This document shows, one piece after another, positions 1-64,000 of a stretch of DNA of 64,000 bases. Source of the stretch: Eledone cirrhosa (taxonomy: Eukaryota); NCBI GenBank assembly GCA_964016885.1, contig OZ024743.1:324942001-325006000 (forward strand). Direction: 5' to 3'. The number at the start of each line of letters is the position of its first letter. Positions within the stretch are counted from its first letter, which is position 1. The notes beneath the pieces are model-generated. The model did not search any database and was not told the origin of the DNA. It worked only from the letters and a program-made list of their open reading frames with translations. The translations under genes were made by a program, and so were the position numbers.

Positions 1-905
1 AGGACAACTGCAACACTGATTTGATGCCTGAATACTAGAGTTTTCTATTTCTCATATTTTTCAGGCTTACAGGTGTAACTCCACTTTCCTATTACCTTGG
101 ACTAAACAATATTACACTAGTTGTGTTCTGAATATATATTTATAGCCAGAATCAGTTCCCATCCCACCCTTGCAAGCAGGGAAAAATGGACGTAAAATGA
201 TGATGATGATGATGATGATGATAGTCCAACCCTTGCTAACAGTAAAATCAGACATTAAATGATGATGAGTTAATGTTGGTGCTATGAAAAAAATGCACCC
301 AGTACACCTTATAAAGTGTTAGTGTTGGTGGGGCTATGAAAAGTGCATCTAGTACACTGTGTATAGTCATAGTGGTGGTGTCATGAAAAAATGAACCAAG
401 TGCACCTGTAAGGTGGATGACATTAAAAGAGTCATCCAGCTGTAGAAATCATGCCAAATATGGAATGTATGGGCAAGACAAGTTGCTCTGAGCTGTCTGA
501 TCTTGGAATGTGACAACCTGTCCATTCCATGCCAGCCTAGGAAAGGGATGTAAAATGGGGACGATTATTTCTCCTCTTATATCATTATCATCGTTTAACA
601 TCTACTCTCTGATAGCCAGGATTAGGTGTGTCTATATAGACCAAGTCAGTACTGAAGTGGGACAACGGACCTCAGAGAGGCCAAGAGGCTCTGCATCTCA
701 CTTACTTACGGTCATACGTTCTTTTGAGTGCAGAGGAAAAGTTATGTCTTTTGACACAAATTGAAGGGTCCTCCCAACCCCTTGTTTGGCAAGCTTTCTA
801 CAGCTGAATAACCTTCATAACTATATTATTCACAATTATCCACACCTGAACTCTTTGTTAATCATTGGTATTGAAAGTTAAATCTCAAAGTTTTATTTCA
901 CATAG

Positions 906-63174
<62,269 letters not shown>

Positions 63175-64000
63175 GTATGTATTATTGATTTAACTAACCT
63201 CCAATTTGTTTGTATTTGTGTAATCAGTTCAGAAAAGGTACCCACCATTCCTGTATGTTGTAAGAAGCAACTAAAAAAGTTGGAGTCAGGAAAGTCATTA
63301 GCTGTAAAACATTGTTCCAAAAGGTCCTGTCCGATCTATGCCAACATGGAAAACTTGACATAAAAATTAGCACGACCACCTTACAGGGTGGACTGGGTAC
63401 TTTTTGTCATGTCACCAGCACAACCACCTTACAGGGGGACAGTGCTTTTTGTTGTGTCACCAGCATGACCACCTTACAGGGTGGATTGGGTGCTTTTTGT
63501 TGTGTCGCGAGCACAACCACCTTACAGGGTGGAATGAGTGCTTTTTGTCGACCACCTTACAGGGGGGACTAGGTGCCATTTTTTGTCTCATCATTTATCT
63601 AAAAGCCTTCCATCATAACTTAGCATAAGAACCTTTGTTATGTTCCAAATGCTAACTTAACAAAATATGGTAAAGGTTTCAAGTGTTTATATTTATCTAA
63701 AAATCTCCTTATAATTTTGCATAAGAACCTTCTTAATAATGAGAGAGTTAGTTATCTCCAAATTTTTGATTATTTTCACAATTATTTGAAGATCATAGAA
63801 ATATAGTAATGAAAGTGTTATTTAATTAATCAATTTAAACGTCCATATAGAGCTAGTAAGCCATGACAGACGAGGGGAAGTATCTAGAACTTCTTGCAGT
63901 TGAGAAACAAAAAAAAACAAGATAGACAGAGATAAATGAATATAAAAATGAAAATTCTTCTTCGCTGACTTATTCCTGAGAAGGTCATGAGGGCAGACTC

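Overview
AT-rich, repeat-dense animal genomic DNA; the SINE/RTE landscape suggests an octopod cephalopod, which is inference. The whole window lies inside one + strand gene, ELP1/IKBKAP (Elongator complex protein 1). I traced 27 internal coding exons (906-63174, 3239 nt, ~1079 codons), all GT-AG and phase-compatible; the first and last exons lie outside the window. The introns hold: (i) a near full-length CR1-group LINE whose ATG-less ORF2 overlaps ORF1 in the -1 frame at a G GGA AAC slippery heptamer; (ii) a ~14.8 kb array of ~305 copies of a 48-bp monomer that matches, antisense, a repeat in the 3' UTR of (iii) a near-intact RTE LINE in the same window; (iv) a young non-autonomous Gypsy-type LTR element with apparently identical 368-bp LTRs, a 4-bp TSD and an extended tRNA-Trp PBS; (v) a Helitron nested in a TTAA MITE, a hAT MITE, a CRE-like fragment, many tRNA-derived SINEs and mini/microsatellites. 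The 4947-aa and 4479-aa ORFs are satellite artefacts. All calls were made by eye; no searches or folding were run.
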